NCBI GenBank assembly: GCA_045105835.1
Contig: JBGCDY010000154.1
Span: 1 to 35,080 of the forward strand
Length of the DNA stretch: 35,080 nt
Source: Chitinophagales bacterium
Lineage (GTDB): Bacteria > Bacteroidota > Bacteroidia > Chitinophagales > UBA2359
Reading direction: 5' to 3'
Part shown: piece after piece, positions 34,881-35,080 of the stretch
Position numbering within the stretch: the stretch's first letter is position 1
How the letters are laid out: each line of letters opens with the position of its first letter
The notes under the pieces: generated by a model
Database searches by the model: none
The model's input: only the letters and a program-made list of their open reading frames with translations
Told to the model about the DNA's origin: nothing
Translations under genes and position numbers: made by a program

Positions 34881-35080
34881 TTAAGCGTTCTCAACAATAA
34901 CATAAGAACCTTTAGCTCCAGGTACAGCACCCTTCACTAACATCAAATTTTTATCTTGTAAAATCTTGATGACTTCTAAATTAAGGGATGTGATACGTTT
35001 TCCACCAGTCCTACCAGCCATACGCATTCCTTTGAATACTCTAGCTGGATAAGATGCAGCACCAATAGAACCTGGAGCTC
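34881..35080 (-). CDS. rplC: 50S ribosomal protein L3 (uL3), C-terminal 66 codons only (5' end beyond window)
   Basis: Absent from the ORF track. The hand translation is ...[65 protein letters not shown] with TAA at 34881-34883. It lies directly upstream of rplD. Confidence 0.93.
   Translation of the reverse strand, partial: APGSIGAASYPARVFKGMRMAGRTGGKRITSLNLEVIKILQDKNLMLVKGAVPGAKGSYVIVENA

Noticed and set aside
1-35080. tRNA, rRNA, tmRNA/RNase P/SRP RNA genes, CRISPR arrays, and IS elements or integrases
   Set aside because: I scanned all intergenic gaps over 90 nt (1536-1674, 5905-5994, 6250-6380, 11896-12110, 14550-14676, 19890-20112, 23523-23621, 24441-24615, 28626-28795, 30940-31041, 32215-32305). 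I found no cloverleaf-compatible stems, no spaced direct-repeat arrays and no transposase-like ORFs. A covariance-model scan (tRNAscan-SE or Infernal) would be needed to exclude small ncRNAs.

Overview
This is a 35-kb chromosomal segment from a Bacteroidota-type genome. Supporting signs are no Shine-Dalgarno sequences, TAnnTTTG-like -7 boxes, secY-map-infA-rpmJ order without adk, folP-cdaA linkage and a very long IF-2. An iodotyrosine-deiodinase homologue hints at a Saprospiria-like lineage, but that rests on recollection only. Positions 20.1-35.1 kb (minus strand) carry an otherwise canonical S10-spc-alpha ribosomal superoperon, rplC (partial) through rplQ. It includes secY, map, infA, rpoA and two small genes the ORF track missed (rpmJ, rpmD). 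Positions 14.7-19.9 kb carry rimP-nusA-infB. The left 14.5 kb is mixed housekeeping: mqnD/mqnB, a PTPS-type pterin synthase, fabD, an IYD-like flavoprotein, a DUF255 thioredoxin-domain protein, folP-cdaA-recO and a MauE/DoxX membrane protein. It also holds a tightly packed co-directional accessory-looking run at 6.3-10.5 kb: Avd-like four-helix-bundle gene, sbcD, a 237-aa orphan, a PaaI thioesterase, an 85-aa orphan, xseB and a DUF429 gene. I saw no tRNA, rRNA, CRISPR array or recognisable transposase or integrase. Three things are most worth a second look. (1) A DUF429 (RNase-H-fold) gene is bracketed by a perfect 90-bp direct repeat that duplicates the 3' end of xseB, which looks like a minimal integrative cassette. 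(2) Essential infB is interrupted by one in-frame TGA in a genome that otherwise uses TGA as a stop. (3) A 506-bp cassette holds the Avd-like four-helix-bundle gene between about 39-bp imperfect inverted repeats built from a 12-mer motif. Smaller anomalies are intrinsic-terminator-like hairpins inside the ribosomal operon (rpsN/rpsH, secY/map) and sbcD lacking an adjacent sbcC. All functional calls come from reading the translations against remembered family signatures; no searches were run.
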